DNA of 64,000 nucleotides from Candidatus Kerfeldbacteria bacterium RIFCSPLOWO2_02_FULL_42_19 (GCA_001818315.1 MHKF01000012.1:128080-192079), one strand, 5' to 3'; counted from the stretch's first letter, positions 1-9,945 are shown. Numbers and translations are program-made. Notes: generated from the sequence alone by a model not told the origin.

Positions 1-399
1 GGTGCGATTCCAGGATTGTATGGGGAGACTCCGGATGGTCGGTGGCTTGCGATCGATCCACCGGAAAATTGTGTTGCGGTGCAGCCCGCGTGGCAACTCT
101 GGTATCTGACAGCTGGCAGAATTCCGCGCGTTCGTCATATGGTCATTTTCGATGAACGCAACCGTGATCGTCTTCAGCAAGCAAAACGGCAATGTTTGGG
201 ATTTCCTCGGACGCAACTCCAGTATTTCAGTCACGGTTGGACTGAAAATGTTTTACAACCGCTATCACCGTTTCGAAATGCGGAGTCTGAAAAACAATTT
301 CCACCGCAATGGGTCGGGGAATTCGTCCTCGACCGTCTGGAGGAAATTAATCTACTCAAAACTCGTCCGCTGCAAAGACCTCTTCCAGACAATTTCTAA
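1..399 (+). CDS. Hypothetical protein, 5'-truncated by the window edge
   Basis: Frame is open from base 1 to TAA at 397-399; no recognisable motif. Confidence 0.55.
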   Translation, partial: GAIPGLYGETPDGRWLAIDPPENCVAVQPAWQLWYLTAGRIPRVRHMVIFDERNRDRLQQAKRQCLGFPRTQLQYFSHGWTENVLQPLSPFRNAESEKQFPPQWVGEFVLDRLEEINLLKTRPLQRPLPDNF

Positions 400-454
400 C
401 AACCGATTATTCTGCGTTCAGTCAGTGCGTAGGACAATTCCAAAATTTCCTTTC

Positions 455-501
455 TTTTCACCCTGAAATTTTTCAGGGTGAAAACGTTTTTGTGATATAA
501 T
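455..501 (+). promoter_or_regulatory. 14-bp perfect inverted repeat followed by an extended -10 box upstream of the redox genes
   Basis: TTTTCACCCTGAAA-TT-TTTCAGGGTGAAAA at 455-484; TG-A-TATAAT at 493-501. Confidence 0.5.
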
Positions 502-532
502 ACACGTGTATTTGATTTTTGTTTTTTTGTAT

Positions 533-781
533 ATGGCGAATGTTACGATCTACACAACTCCAACGTGCGCATACTGTAAAATGACCAAGTCATTTTTTAA
601 AGAACACAACGTTACGTATAAAGAAATTGATGTAGCATCAGATGCGAAAGCAGCTGAAGTAATGATTCAAAAATCGGGTCAAATGGGAGTTCCAGTTACT
701 GTTGTGGAAAAAGAAGGTAAGGCAGAATTGATTGTTGGTTTTGATCAGGACAAGTTGTCCACTGCACTTGGTATTTCTTAA
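533..781 (+). CDS. Glutaredoxin-like protein (NrdH/YruB family)
   Basis: YTTPTCAYC (CxxC), SGQMGVPV and IVGFD motifs; start moved to ATG 533. Confidence 0.9.
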   Translation: MANVTIYTTPTCAYCKMTKSFFKEHNVTYKEIDVASDAKAAEVMIQKSGQMGVPVTVVEKEGKAELIVGFDQDKLSTALGIS

Positions 782-824
782 TGTTGTTTTGTGAGCTACA
801 AAGTTTCGTAATTTAGATTGAGTT

Positions 825-1865
825 ATGAACCCTATGAACGTATCGCATCCCTATGATCTTATTATTATTGGCGCTGGTCCTGGCGGATGTGCTGCAGCTG
901 TATATGCTGGTCGAAAACAACTGAAGACACTTGTGATTACCGAAAGTTTTGGCGGCCAATCTATTGTTTCGAACAGTATTGAAAATTGGATTGGCGAAAA
1001 GACTATCAGTGGCGTTGAGCTTGCGAAGAAGTTAGAAGCGCATGTACGGGCGCAGGAGACTGTGACGGTGAAAACTGGAGAGAAAGTTATTGTTGTGCGT
1101 GAAGTCGGGGACATGTGTATTTCGACACTTGATTGGAAAAAACTAAGTAGCGTCGCCGCTTCTGCGAACGCTGCTTGCGAATACGAAGTTACGACTGATA
1201 AAGGAGGGGTCTTTCGTGCGAAAGCTCTACTTGTAGCGTCTGGCGGTCGTCGCCGTCGGCTCGATGTGCTAGGTGAAGCGCAGTTTGATGGCAAGGGCGT
1301 TTCGTATTGTTCTACCTGCGATGCTCCATTATTTCGCGGGAAAGATGTTGCCGTTGTTGGCGGAGGCAATGCTGGATTAGAAGCTTGCGTTGATCTTTTT
1401 CCTTACGCAAAGAAAATTTATCTTTTAAATATTGGTGACAAACTTGGCGGCGATCCTATTACGCAGAAACAGGTGTTCGATTCGTCACGGGTGACTGTGA
1501 TACATCACGCGCAAACAATGGAAATTTTTGGTGAAACGCTTGTGACGGGATTGAAATATCAAGATACGGTATCAGGCGTGGAAAAGAAGCTTGCGGCGCA
1601 GGGAGTTTTTGTGGAGATTGGTTCGATACCGAATTCGGAGTTTGTAAAGGATCTTGTCCAGATGAACAAGTACAACGAAATTATTGTGGATCATAAAACG
1701 CTTGCGACTTCGCGTCCAGGAATTTTTGCGGCAGGCGATGTGACCGATGAAATTTATAAGCAAAATAATACTTCAGTCGGTGACGCTGTCTCTGCAACTC
1801 TGTCTGCGTACAACTATCTTTTGAATATTTCGAAACAGACTCCCGCGGCTCAAGAAACAGTTTGA
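825..1865 (+). CDS. Thioredoxin reductase / AhpF-like FAD-dependent disulfide reductase
   Basis: GAGPGG FAD motif, CSTCD redox centre, GGGNAG NAD(P)H motif, FAAGD and YKQ. Confidence 0.9.
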   Translation: MNPMNVSHPYDLIIIGAGPGGCAAAVYAGRKQLKTLVITESFGGQSIVSNSIENWIGEKTISGVELAKKLEAHVRAQETVTVKTGEKVIVVREVGDMCISTLDWKKLSSVAASANAACEYEVTTDKGGVFRAKALLVASGGRRRRLDVLGEAQFDGKGVSYCSTCDAPLFRGKDVAVVGGGNAGLEACVDLFPYAKKIYLLNIGDKLGGDPITQKQVFDSSRVTVIHHAQTMEIFGETLVTGLKYQDTVSGVEKKLAAQGVFVEIGSIPNSEFVKDLVQMNKYNEIIVDHKTLATSRPGIFAAGDVTDEIYKQNNTSVGDAVSATLSAYNYLLNISKQTPAAQETV

Positions 1866-1901
1866 TATCAGTGAGTTTGGTGAATAATGTTTTTATAGTG
1901 T

Positions 1902-2669
1902 ATGTTCAATACTCTCTTCATCCCAGCCTTTATCGCGGGTTTTGTGACGTTTTTCGCTCCTTGCACGTTTCCGCTGGTGCCAGGGTATTTAGCTTTTATG
2001 AGTGGCATTTCTGTACATGATCTTTCGCAGTCGCAGCGTCTGAGACGATTACGCTTTCGCGTCTTTACGAACGGCCTTTTTTACGTTTTCGGTTTTAGTG
2101 TCATTTTTATTCTCCTCGGAAGTCTTTTTGGCCTTGGCGGTGGAATTTTTATTCAGTATCGCATTTGGTTCGCACGTATTGGCGGACTCCTTGTGATTTT
2201 TTTTGGAATTCTCATGCTCGATGTGCTTCGCATTCCTTTGTTGCGATTTTTGGAAAAAGAAAAACGTTTGCACTTGCCTCTGTGGATTCATCCTGGTCAT
2301 CCGTTCAGTTCGTTTCTTTTTGGCGCTGTTTTTGCTTTGGGATGGACTCCGTGCATTGGGCCGATTCTTGGGACCATTCTTATTTTCGCTTCCAATAGAG
2401 CGACTCTTGCAGCCGGCGCAACTTTACTTGCGGTTTTTGCTCTTGGTCTTGCGGTGCCATTTTTGCTTCTTGCTCTGTTTTACGGAAGTTTTTTTCGATA
2501 TTTTCAAAAAATACGTCGATATGTGCGAATGATTTCGCGCGTTGGAGGCGCACTCTTGATATTTCTTGGCATCCTTATAGTGTCCGGGAATATGAGTACG
2601 TGGATTGCTTGGTTTTATCGTTTGTTTCGGTTTTTGGATCTCGAAAATCGATTGCTCGAGTTTCTCTAG
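1902..2669 (+). CDS. ccdA: CcdA / DsbD transmembrane-domain protein
   Basis: FFAPCTFPLVPGY and GWTPCIGPILG motifs; about six hydrophobic helices. Confidence 0.9.
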   Translation: MFNTLFIPAFIAGFVTFFAPCTFPLVPGYLAFMSGISVHDLSQSQRLRRLRFRVFTNGLFYVFGFSVIFILLGSLFGLGGGIFIQYRIWFARIGGLLVIFFGILMLDVLRIPLLRFLEKEKRLHLPLWIHPGHPFSSFLFGAVFALGWTPCIGPILGTILIFASNRATLAAGATLLAVFALGLAVPFLLLALFYGSFFRYFQKIRRYVRMISRVGGALLIFLGILIVSGNMSTWIAWFYRLFRFLDLENRLLEFL

Positions 2670-2730
2670 TTTTTGATTCCAAAGGAGTTTTATTATACAA
2701 TCAAAGCACTTTATTTTTCTTTTTCATCCT

Positions 2731-3699
2731 ATGATGCGCGATGCAGTGCTTTCGTTTCATACTCAATTTGCTTTCGAGCCTGTGATTAATAATAAAGAAG
2801 TACTCGGGTCGCATATAAAGTTTCTCTTTGCGGGAATGGGCGGATCCCATCTTGCAGCCGATATTCTTCGCGGCTGGGATCCATCACTCGATATGATTAT
2901 TTGGCATAACTACGGCCTTCCAGCGATTGCCGAAGAGGCTTTGCGTGCTCGATTGTTTATTGCAAATTCATATTCAGGCAATACCGAGGAAACGATTGAT
3001 GCGCTTACGCAGGCTTTGAAGATCGGGATGTCGTGTTGCGCAATTGCTGTTGGAGGTAAACTTTTGGAAATTGCACAACAGCGCGGTTTACCGTATATTC
3101 AACTTCCTGATACTGGTATTCAGCCTCGTTCAGCACTCGGATTTTCAATACAAGCGTTGTGCACACTCCTCGGTCTTACGGAAGCCGCTTGTGAAGCGCG
3201 AGCCCTTGCGGATACGCTTAAACCTCAGGAATTGGAATCTTTAGGACAGGCGCTTGCAGACAGGCTTCACGATAAAGTCCCGGTTATCTATAGTTCTTTC
3301 CGTAATCAGGCGGTTGCGTACAATTGGAAAATTAAATTCAATGAGACCGGGAAGATTCCCGCGTTTTACAATACATTGCCCGAGTTGAATCATAATGAAA
3401 TGACGGGATTTGATGTTCAAGAGGCGAGCCGGCATTTATCGGAGCGATTTTCTTTTTTATTTTTAAGCGATACTGAAGACGATCCACGCGTGCAAAGACG
3501 TATGAATGTGCTTGAAGGTTTGTATCGTGAACGTGGATTTCCCGTAGAGGTTCTGGAACTTTCCGGGCAGTCTCGGTTTTATAGAATGTTCGCTTCTCTC
3601 GTTGTTGCAGATTGGACAGCTCTTTCTGTCGCGGAAGGCTACGGATTGGAATCTGAGCAAGTTCCTATGGTAGAAGAATTCAAAAAATTAATGCGGTAA
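2731..3699 (+). CDS. Bifunctional phosphoglucose/phosphomannose isomerase (SIS domain)
   Basis: GMGGS, SYSGNTEET, QPRSA, NETGKIPA and PELNHNE motifs. Confidence 0.9.
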   Translation: MMRDAVLSFHTQFAFEPVINNKEVLGSHIKFLFAGMGGSHLAADILRGWDPSLDMIIWHNYGLPAIAEEALRARLFIANSYSGNTEETIDALTQALKIGMSCCAIAVGGKLLEIAQQRGLPYIQLPDTGIQPRSALGFSIQALCTLLGLTEAACEARALADTLKPQELESLGQALADRLHDKVPVIYSSFRNQAVAYNWKIKFNETGKIPAFYNTLPELNHNEMTGFDVQEASRHLSERFSFLFLSDTEDDPRVQRRMNVLEGLYRERGFPVEVLELSGQSRFYRMFASLVVADWTALSVAEGYGLESEQVPMVEEFKKLMR

Positions 3700-3702
3700 T
3701 GT

Positions 3703-4548
3703 ATGCATCTCCTTTTTGATATTGGCGGAACAAATATTCGGCTGGCGGTTTCACGTGGCGGTCAATCGTTTGAAACACCAGTGATGTTTTCAACCCCACA
3801 GGATTTTGATATCGCGATGCAGCTTTTGGAATCTGAGGCCCGCAAACTTTCTCGTGTCTCCGTCTCTTCTGACGCTGCTTTTGCTGGTGTTGCCGGCGGC
3901 GTTGCTGGTCCGCTTTTGGATCACGGTGCCATGCTTATGAATGCACCGAATCTGTCTTTGTGGAATCGCAAGCCTTTGAAGGCAACACTCATGCGGATCT
4001 TCAAGACTTCGAACGTACGTATAGAAAATGATACAGATGTCGTCGGGTTAGGAGAAGCACTTTTTGGTGCAGCAAAGGGTTTTGAGACGGTTTTGTATAT
4101 GACCGTCAGTACGGGTGTTGGTGGAGCGTTTGTAGATCGCGGTAAAATTTTTACTGCAAAATATAGCCCTGAACCCGGGCATCAGATTATTGATCCAACA
4201 GGCGCTTTGGCTCCTTCAGGTTCTTTGGAAGATTATATTTCTGGAACTGCTTTGCAGCGTCGTTTTGGAAAGTCCGCACGTGATATTCAGGATCCAAAAA
4301 TTTGGGAGGAGTGCGCGCGTTACCTTGCTTATGGGTTGCACAATTCTATTGTTCACTACGCGCCGGAGGTTGTTGTCCTTGGCGGCAGTCTCATTACGAA
4401 ACCCGATGCGATTCCTTTTGAGAGTGTTATGCAGCATTTGAAACGTATTATGCGTATTTTTCCAGAACTTCCACAGATTCGGAAAGCCACGTTAGGAGAT
4501 TTTGGCGGACTCTACGGTGCCTTGGCCTTGTGTGGACAGCGTGTGTAG
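3703..4548 (+). CDS. ROK-family sugar kinase (glucokinase-like)
   Basis: DIGGT, IENDT, STGVGG and EPGHQ motifs. Confidence 0.88.
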   Translation: MHLLFDIGGTNIRLAVSRGGQSFETPVMFSTPQDFDIAMQLLESEARKLSRVSVSSDAAFAGVAGGVAGPLLDHGAMLMNAPNLSLWNRKPLKATLMRIFKTSNVRIENDTDVVGLGEALFGAAKGFETVLYMTVSTGVGGAFVDRGKIFTAKYSPEPGHQIIDPTGALAPSGSLEDYISGTALQRRFGKSARDIQDPKIWEECARYLAYGLHNSIVHYAPEVVVLGGSLITKPDAIPFESVMQHLKRIMRIFPELPQIRKATLGDFGGLYGALALCGQRV

Positions 4549-4571
4549 TTCTGTTGCTCTTTTTATCTGCA

Positions 4572-4738
4572 TTTAAGATAAGGCAGGGGAAGGATATATT
4601 TTTTCAAATGTGTTGTGATAAGTACTTCATCAAATAGAGAGGAAAGTGTGCACTATAGTAACTCTTTCAAATACAGATCGTTCATGTTTGGATATCACAG
4701 CTTTTGAAAAATTTATCCTTCCCCTGCCTTATCTTAAA
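4572..4738. repeat. Fold-back element, family II, copy A
   Basis: Perfect 25-bp arms at 4572-4596 and 4714-4738 enclose a core of about 115 bp homologous to the copy at 24927-25085. Confidence 0.9.
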
Positions 4739-4854
4739 GTTGCAGTATTACAATGTGTTTACTTATCCACAGACGGCGCTCTATAGACAACTGTCACTGT
4801 CGACGCTATAGTGAAAAGATGAGCGTTCTCTCGTTTATTTCTTAACGAGATTTT

Positions 4855-5199
4855 ATGTCTCCAAAAAATACGCATGTTCCTCGTGCTGCATCAAAAAAGT
4901 CCAAAAATCATGAGCCAACGAATATGGACATTCTCCAGGCTATTAATGATTTTGCGACTCATGTCGAACATCGATTTCAGAGGCTTGAGAATCGGATAGC
5001 AAAAGTTGAAGCTACAATGGTCACAAAAGATTACTTAGATCAAAGGCTGTTCGATTTGAAAACAGATACTATGACAGTTGTACGTCGGGAAGATCAAAGA
5101 TTCACTACTCTTGTCGATGTCTTATATAACCGAAAAATTTTGACTTCGCAAGATGTGGAACACGTGATGTCAATTGAACCTTCTGCAAAAATTTCGTAG
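4855..5199 (+). CDS. Small coiled-coil hypothetical protein
   Basis: 114-aa ORF with heptad pattern and MVTKDYLD motif. Confidence 0.75.
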   Translation: MSPKNTHVPRAASKKSKNHEPTNMDILQAINDFATHVEHRFQRLENRIAKVEATMVTKDYLDQRLFDLKTDTMTVVRREDQRFTTLVDVLYNRKILTSQDVEHVMSIEPSAKIS

Positions 5200-5294
5200 A
5201 CTTTGAAACTATACATGGGATTTATGAAGTTGTATGAGTGTCATGATTACATTCGCTCAACTATTTTTACATTTTTATTATTATTTTTTCGCTT

Positions 5295-5912
5295 ATGAAA
5301 GGATGTTGCAATAATACTGGCCTTTGTTGCCAGACAGGATCCCTGCTGACTCCCTTTGTTGGGAAAATTTTGCCGGACGGAACATTTAAAGTGTATCACG
5401 CAGGTAAAGATAAAACGGTTTCCCTTCGAGAATTTTTGGGTAAATGGCTTGTTTTATTTTTCTACCCAGCTGATTTTACTTTTGTATGTCCGACAGAACT
5501 TGAAGATTTAGCCGAACATTATACAGAAATTCAAAAAGTTAGCGCTGAGGTTTTGAGTGTGAGTACGGATACTGTGTATGTCCATAAGGCATGGCATGAT
5601 ACTTCAAAAGCTATTCGTAAGGTGCGATTTCCAATGCTTGCAGATCCAGCCGGTGCATTATGTCGAATACTCGGGACATATATTGAAGATGAAGGTTTGT
5701 CCTTGCGAGCTTCTGTGATTGTCGATCCCGATGGCGTGATTAAAGCGTACGAACTTCATGATAATAGTATTGGCCGGAGTGCTGCGGAACTCTTACGTAA
5801 ATTACAAGCGGCAAAGTTTGTACGCGAACATGGGGGTGAAGTGTGTCCAGCCAATTGGAAACCGGGAGCCAAAACTTTAAAACCAGGCATGGATTTGGTT
5901 GGAAAAATTTAA
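5295..5912 (+). CDS. ahpC: 2-Cys peroxiredoxin AhpC
   Basis: FYPADFTFVCPTE and EVCPANW motifs. Confidence 0.95.
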   Translation: MKGCCNNTGLCCQTGSLLTPFVGKILPDGTFKVYHAGKDKTVSLREFLGKWLVLFFYPADFTFVCPTELEDLAEHYTEIQKVSAEVLSVSTDTVYVHKAWHDTSKAIRKVRFPMLADPAGALCRILGTYIEDEGLSLRASVIVDPDGVIKAYELHDNSIGRSAAELLRKLQAAKFVREHGGEVCPANWKPGAKTLKPGMDLVGKI

Positions 5913-5939
5913 ATTCGATCTGTTCCGTTTTGAATGTAT

Positions 5940-5971
5940 CAAAATACCTCGTTTTTTTGCGAGGTATTTTG
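5940..5971. terminator. Bidirectional terminator hairpin between convergent ahpC and sod
   Basis: CAAAATACCTCG ... CGAGGTATTTTG, 12-bp stem. Confidence 0.7.
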
Positions 5972-5981
5972 TGCTTTATTT

Positions 5982-6569
5982 TTAGAATCGCCTGAATCTT
6001 TTTTCTACTTCTGTCCAGTTGATGGCTTCAAAAAAAGCGTCGATGTATTCAGCGCGCTTTGTGCTGTAATCGGTGATGTAGGCGTGTTCAAACACGTCCA
6101 TCACAAAGAGGGGTGTGCATCCAGCCAAATGTCCTATGTCGTGTTCATTCACCCAAGTATTGAAGAGTTTTTTATCATGGGGGTCGCAATAGAGAATGAC
6201 CCAGCCGATGCCGCGCATTACCCCGGAAGCTTTAAAATCCTTCATCCAGTTATCAAAATTTCCAAATGTTTTTGTAAGCCTCTCGTTTGTTTTGAGCGCG
6301 CTGTTTTTGTTTTGTTTTTCTTTACTGAGATTTTCAAAATAATATTCGTGAAGACGCATGCCGTTCCATTCCCAGCCAAAACGGCGTTTGAGTTCAGCGT
6401 ATTCTGGCGTTGCGCTTTTGCCTTCTTGTCGATATTTTTCAAGAGTTTCTAATAGGGTATTCGTATTTTTTACGTATCCTTCGTAGAGCCCAAAGTGGGT
6501 CGTCAGGAGCGTGTCACTGAACCCGGGGGTTCCGAGAAGATTTTGAAAATTTTTTGGTGCGTAGGTCAT
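5982..6569 (-). CDS. Fe/Mn superoxide dismutase family protein
   Basis: Metal-ligand motifs TTH, LHEYYF and DVFEHAY; GIGW motif. Confidence 0.9.
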   Translation of the reverse strand: MTYAPKNFQNLLGTPGFSDTLLTTHFGLYEGYVKNTNTLLETLEKYRQEGKSATPEYAELKRRFGWEWNGMRLHEYYFENLSKEKQNKNSALKTNERLTKTFGNFDNWMKDFKASGVMRGIGWVILYCDPHDKKLFNTWVNEHDIGHLAGCTPLFVMDVFEHAYITDYSTKRAEYIDAFFEAINWTEVEKRFRRF

Positions 6570-6734
6570 AGGTTTGACTCTTTAAGAGAATTATTTGTGA
6601 AATTATGGCTCTTTATGGATAAGATGGAAGAGTTTTTTTATTGAAAGGAGGAATGTTTCGGATTGAGCCCCTCAAAAAGGCCCGATATATGGATTATTTC
6701 CTAAAGCAGAAGTTTTCGCAAGGGGCTAAAATAT

Positions 6735-6772
6735 AACAACCCCGAAAAGCAAGTATTGCTTCTGGGGTTGTT
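6735..6772 (-). terminator. Hairpin terminator downstream of the 947-aa gene
   Basis: AACAACCCCGAAAAGCAA / TTGCTTCTGGGGTTGTT stem, followed by a T-rich tract on the minus strand. Confidence 0.6.
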
Positions 6773-7101
6773 CAAAAGGTCTCTATTTTTAATCCCTCTC
6801 CAAAATTTTCTGCTCAGCCTTGTGCGGCGGCAGAGTGGAGGGTCACAATCTTAGAGAGGGAATTGTACATGAAGGAAAGGTGGGATTTGAGTCGGCGGGA
6901 ATCTATATGAACTCTGCGTTTGCAAATTTTACAAACACAGAGAGAAAGTTTTAAGGTTGAGGTTTGACTTTGAGCCTTTCGAACGAGGACTCCGAAATCT
7001 CATCGCGTCGTACGCAGTAACTTCTTATGCAAGAAGTCCTTCGCTATACGAACTCCGATAAGAGTCGCGCCTAGTCGGGTACTCAAAATCATTCTCAAAT
7101 C

Positions 7102-9945
7102 CTATGACGCTACATTTGTTGCACTGCGGCGATTTTTGAGAGAAGCGCAGTTTCCTGTCTCTGGGTCGACGTGCCTTTTTACTGCAGGCATTTCATGGAA
7201 AGGCACTCGTTCGCCGCAGTGTGGACAGAGGAATGTTTCTTCCCTGGTGCCGTTTTCGGCCGAGAAGAATCTGATTTGCTGCGGTCCACTCTGCAGGTGG
7301 ATGACCTCCACGTGAGTGTTTTCTTTCGGGGATTCGCCGAGTCGCACACCAAGTGTGGGCTCTTCCGCCTTGCCGTCGCGGTTGAAGGCAGCCTGTCGTC
7401 GCTCCCAGAAGTTGATTGCGGTGCGGGCATCTTTTTCCGGTTTCTTCGAACTCTCCTCACCGCCTTCTTTGGAGTCGTTCGCTATCTCTGCGCCGAGTTC
7501 CTGTACTTCGTGGAAGAATTCAGGGAGATCCGCGACGTGATCTTCGGCATCTTCTGGTGGAAGAGGAGGCGCTATCTCCTGATGCGCAGCTGTTGGGACC
7601 GCAGTCTCGATTGTCGCATTCCGAGCGAGAGCGGCGGTGAGTTCTTCGTAGTCACACAGCGCTTTTCTGAGTTTCTTTTCGGTTTCTTCGACTCGCTGCG
7701 TGAGTTCACTGATTGTCTTTTCTGATGTGACAAGCGTTTCGAGTCTGCCTTGTTCGGCAGCAGCAACTTTTTCTTCAGCACTTTTCGCGCGAATTTCTGC
7801 CACCGCTTCCTGTGATTTAGCTACTTCGGCGCGTCTTTCGGCAGTGATTTTTTTGGTATTCGCTTGCCGAAGCTCCTCGATGAGTCGAAGGTTCTCGTCA
7901 AGAAGCGCGTTCTTATTTGCTTCAGCATTTTGCGCCTGAATGCGGTAGAAGCCCGGGTTCGTGCACCCTTCGACGTCATTATTCTGTGACTCCATCTTAA
8001 TGATGTCGCTGAGTATCGGGGCCTCTTGTTTGAGCGCATCACGTTCGTTGCTGAGATTCGTATTTTTTCTACGAGCCTCATTCAAATCAACAATGATTTT
8101 CGTGCGCTCACGTTCGCTTGCTTGCAGATCCGCTTCGAGTTTTCGCTTTGTTTCTTGGAGTTGCTCGACCTTCTCTACAAGTATTCGAGTCTCGTGACCC
8201 GTGTCTCTCGTCATGTCTCCGATTTTCTTCTGAAGACTCTCTCGTGTTTTTTCCGACTTCTCGTAGTTTTTTTCGAGACGTCGGATTTTCTCTTGCTGAG
8301 TTTTGACAGTATCAGTATCGTCATCACTTGCAAACTGTCTCTTCAACACGAAGAGAATAATGAGTAGGAACGGGAGACACGCGAACATCAGAGGCGCGCG
8401 GCGCATGAAGACGTTCTGCGCGATCCAGTTATTGAGGGGATCAATGACTGGAATCCGGGTGGGATCTGCGGCAGGTTCGGCTGGCGGTGCGTCGACGGTT
8501 GGTGTTTCGGAGACGACGTTGCCGAACGTATTGGATTGCGGCAGAGTGTCATCTCGCTGAGGTTGCTGACCCTGTCCATCTTGCGAAGGCGTAGAGAGAC
8601 ACGCTGTCGAAGCTTTTGTTAGCTTTTCCTGCGTTTCGCTGAGTTTTTTCCGGAGCTTTTGAAGATCCTCCTCTGTTGCCTGCAATTTTTTGAGGGCATC
8701 ATCGAGGTCCTCCTTGAGGTTCTGCTTTTCTGTATGTAACGCAGCGGCGTTTTGACTCACCTCTTCCGATGTCGTATGCGTTTTTTTGAGGTATTTTACT
8801 TCATTACCCGGGTGGAGCGTTGCTTTTTTTACTCCTTCTTCTTCCACCCACATAGGACCGTTGAGCATCTCTAATTGCGCTTGATACTCACCCGAGGTAA
8901 ATTCCCCGGGATCATCTGACAGTCGTTGCGCGATGGACCAATACCCATCATTCGGTTCGACTGTCGTAGTATCGGTCAACTCCGTGGTCTCAAGATAGGC
9001 TAGGAGCGCTTTTAAAAATTTTTCCGATTGCTCCGCGTTTTCTTTTTCACTAAAGAAGTCGCGTCGCAGTTTGTCACCGCCATCTTGATCATCCTCCTTT
9101 ATAATGACGGTGCCAGTCTGAAAGCTGATTGTCACGGTCCCCATTGCAAACACTTTTCCGTTATCCCGAGCGATCTTGCTTTCGCTTTCGGGAGCTGTCG
9201 CAATGAAGTCTGCCTTGAGTTTGTTGACGATGTTCTCGGGCAGCCGGAACACGATTGTTCTTGATAACGTTCCGGTTTGCTGTACTTGCGCGCTGACCTC
9301 CTGTGTTTGTGGTGTTTCGGTTTTGATTGTTCTGTCTGTTTTCCTATCTTCAGGAGAGCCGAAACTTCCAATGCCAGGTGTGCCGTCGACTGATTTTTCC
9401 TTCTTTTCGGCATCGGTGGCGGGTTTTGCCTTGGCGTCAATGGGATCGCCTCCAACGCCTCTGTGTGCTGCAATACTGCGCGGCACTACCTTGAGTGTTT
9501 TTCGTCCCGCGATGATCTCTTGCTGTTTCTTCGGATCACGTCTTGCTACATTCGCGTTTTGAGCGAGTTCGGCAAGAGCGATTCTCAGATCTTGGCCGCT
9601 TCCGGAGACACTTGCGAACAAATTCTTACTCGCTCCAGTCTCTATGACTTCGTACCAGAGCAGAGTGTTTTCCTGTATTGCTCCATCGAAGACTTCGATG
9701 AGCAATTTGGGAATCTTGATCCCCGGAATGAAGATCTCCTGTGAGGAACACTGCATTTGTGTTCCTGCGGTGACTGCCTTCCCGTCTGGTGAACTGATTT
9801 TCACTACGAGATTCCGCAGTTCCGGTTCATTAGAGAGAATCCAACATTCTTGTTCTGCCCGCTCTTGATCCGCTGCGATTGCATCCACGATATTCAGAGC
9901 GAAAAAAACGCTCAACATCACGATCGTTGTTGTCATCAGTTTCAT
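7102..9945 (-). CDS. Large single-pass membrane protein: signal peptide, LysM-like segment, coiled coils, C-terminal Cys/His Zn-finger-like motif
   Basis: 947-aa ORF preceded by AAGGAG; N-terminal hydrophobic signal; VEPNDGYWSIAQR...LHPGNEV; TM segment LMFACLPFLLIILFVL; CPHC...H...C. Confidence 0.75.
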   Translation of the reverse strand: MKLMTTTIVMLSVFFALNIVDAIAADQERAEQECWILSNEPELRNLVVKISSPDGKAVTAGTQMQCSSQEIFIPGIKIPKLLIEVFDGAIQENTLLWYEVIETGASKNLFASVSGSGQDLRIALAELAQNANVARRDPKKQQEIIAGRKTLKVVPRSIAAHRGVGGDPIDAKAKPATDAEKKEKSVDGTPGIGSFGSPEDRKTDRTIKTETPQTQEVSAQVQQTGTLSRTIVFRLPENIVNKLKADFIATAPESESKIARDNGKVFAMGTVTISFQTGTVIIKEDDQDGGDKLRRDFFSEKENAEQSEKFLKALLAYLETTELTDTTTVEPNDGYWSIAQRLSDDPGEFTSGEYQAQLEMLNGPMWVEEEGVKKATLHPGNEVKYLKKTHTTSEEVSQNAAALHTEKQNLKEDLDDALKKLQATEEDLQKLRKKLSETQEKLTKASTACLSTPSQDGQGQQPQRDDTLPQSNTFGNVVSETPTVDAPPAEPAADPTRIPVIDPLNNWIAQNVFMRRAPLMFACLPFLLIILFVLKRQFASDDDTDTVKTQQEKIRRLEKNYEKSEKTRESLQKKIGDMTRDTGHETRILVEKVEQLQETKRKLEADLQASERERTKIIVDLNEARRKNTNLSNERDALKQEAPILSDIIKMESQNNDVEGCTNPGFYRIQAQNAEANKNALLDENLRLIEELRQANTKKITAERRAEVAKSQEAVAEIRAKSAEEKVAAAEQGRLETLVTSEKTISELTQRVEETEKKLRKALCDYEELTAALARNATIETAVPTAAHQEIAPPLPPEDAEDHVADLPEFFHEVQELGAEIANDSKEGGEESSKKPEKDARTAINFWERRQAAFNRDGKAEEPTLGVRLGESPKENTHVEVIHLQSGPQQIRFFSAENGTREETFLCPHCGERVPFHEMPAVKRHVDPETGNCASLKNRRSATNVAS

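Noticed and set aside
5934-6452. Long antisense ORFs (also 11255-11866, 18726-19325, 25655-26317, 29227-29934)
   Set aside because: They are shadows of well-supported genes on the other strand and show no motifs.
6870-6900. tRNA or tmRNA 3' end on the minus strand (TCAAATCCCACC)
   Set aside because: No GGTTC T-arm, acceptor stem or CCA.
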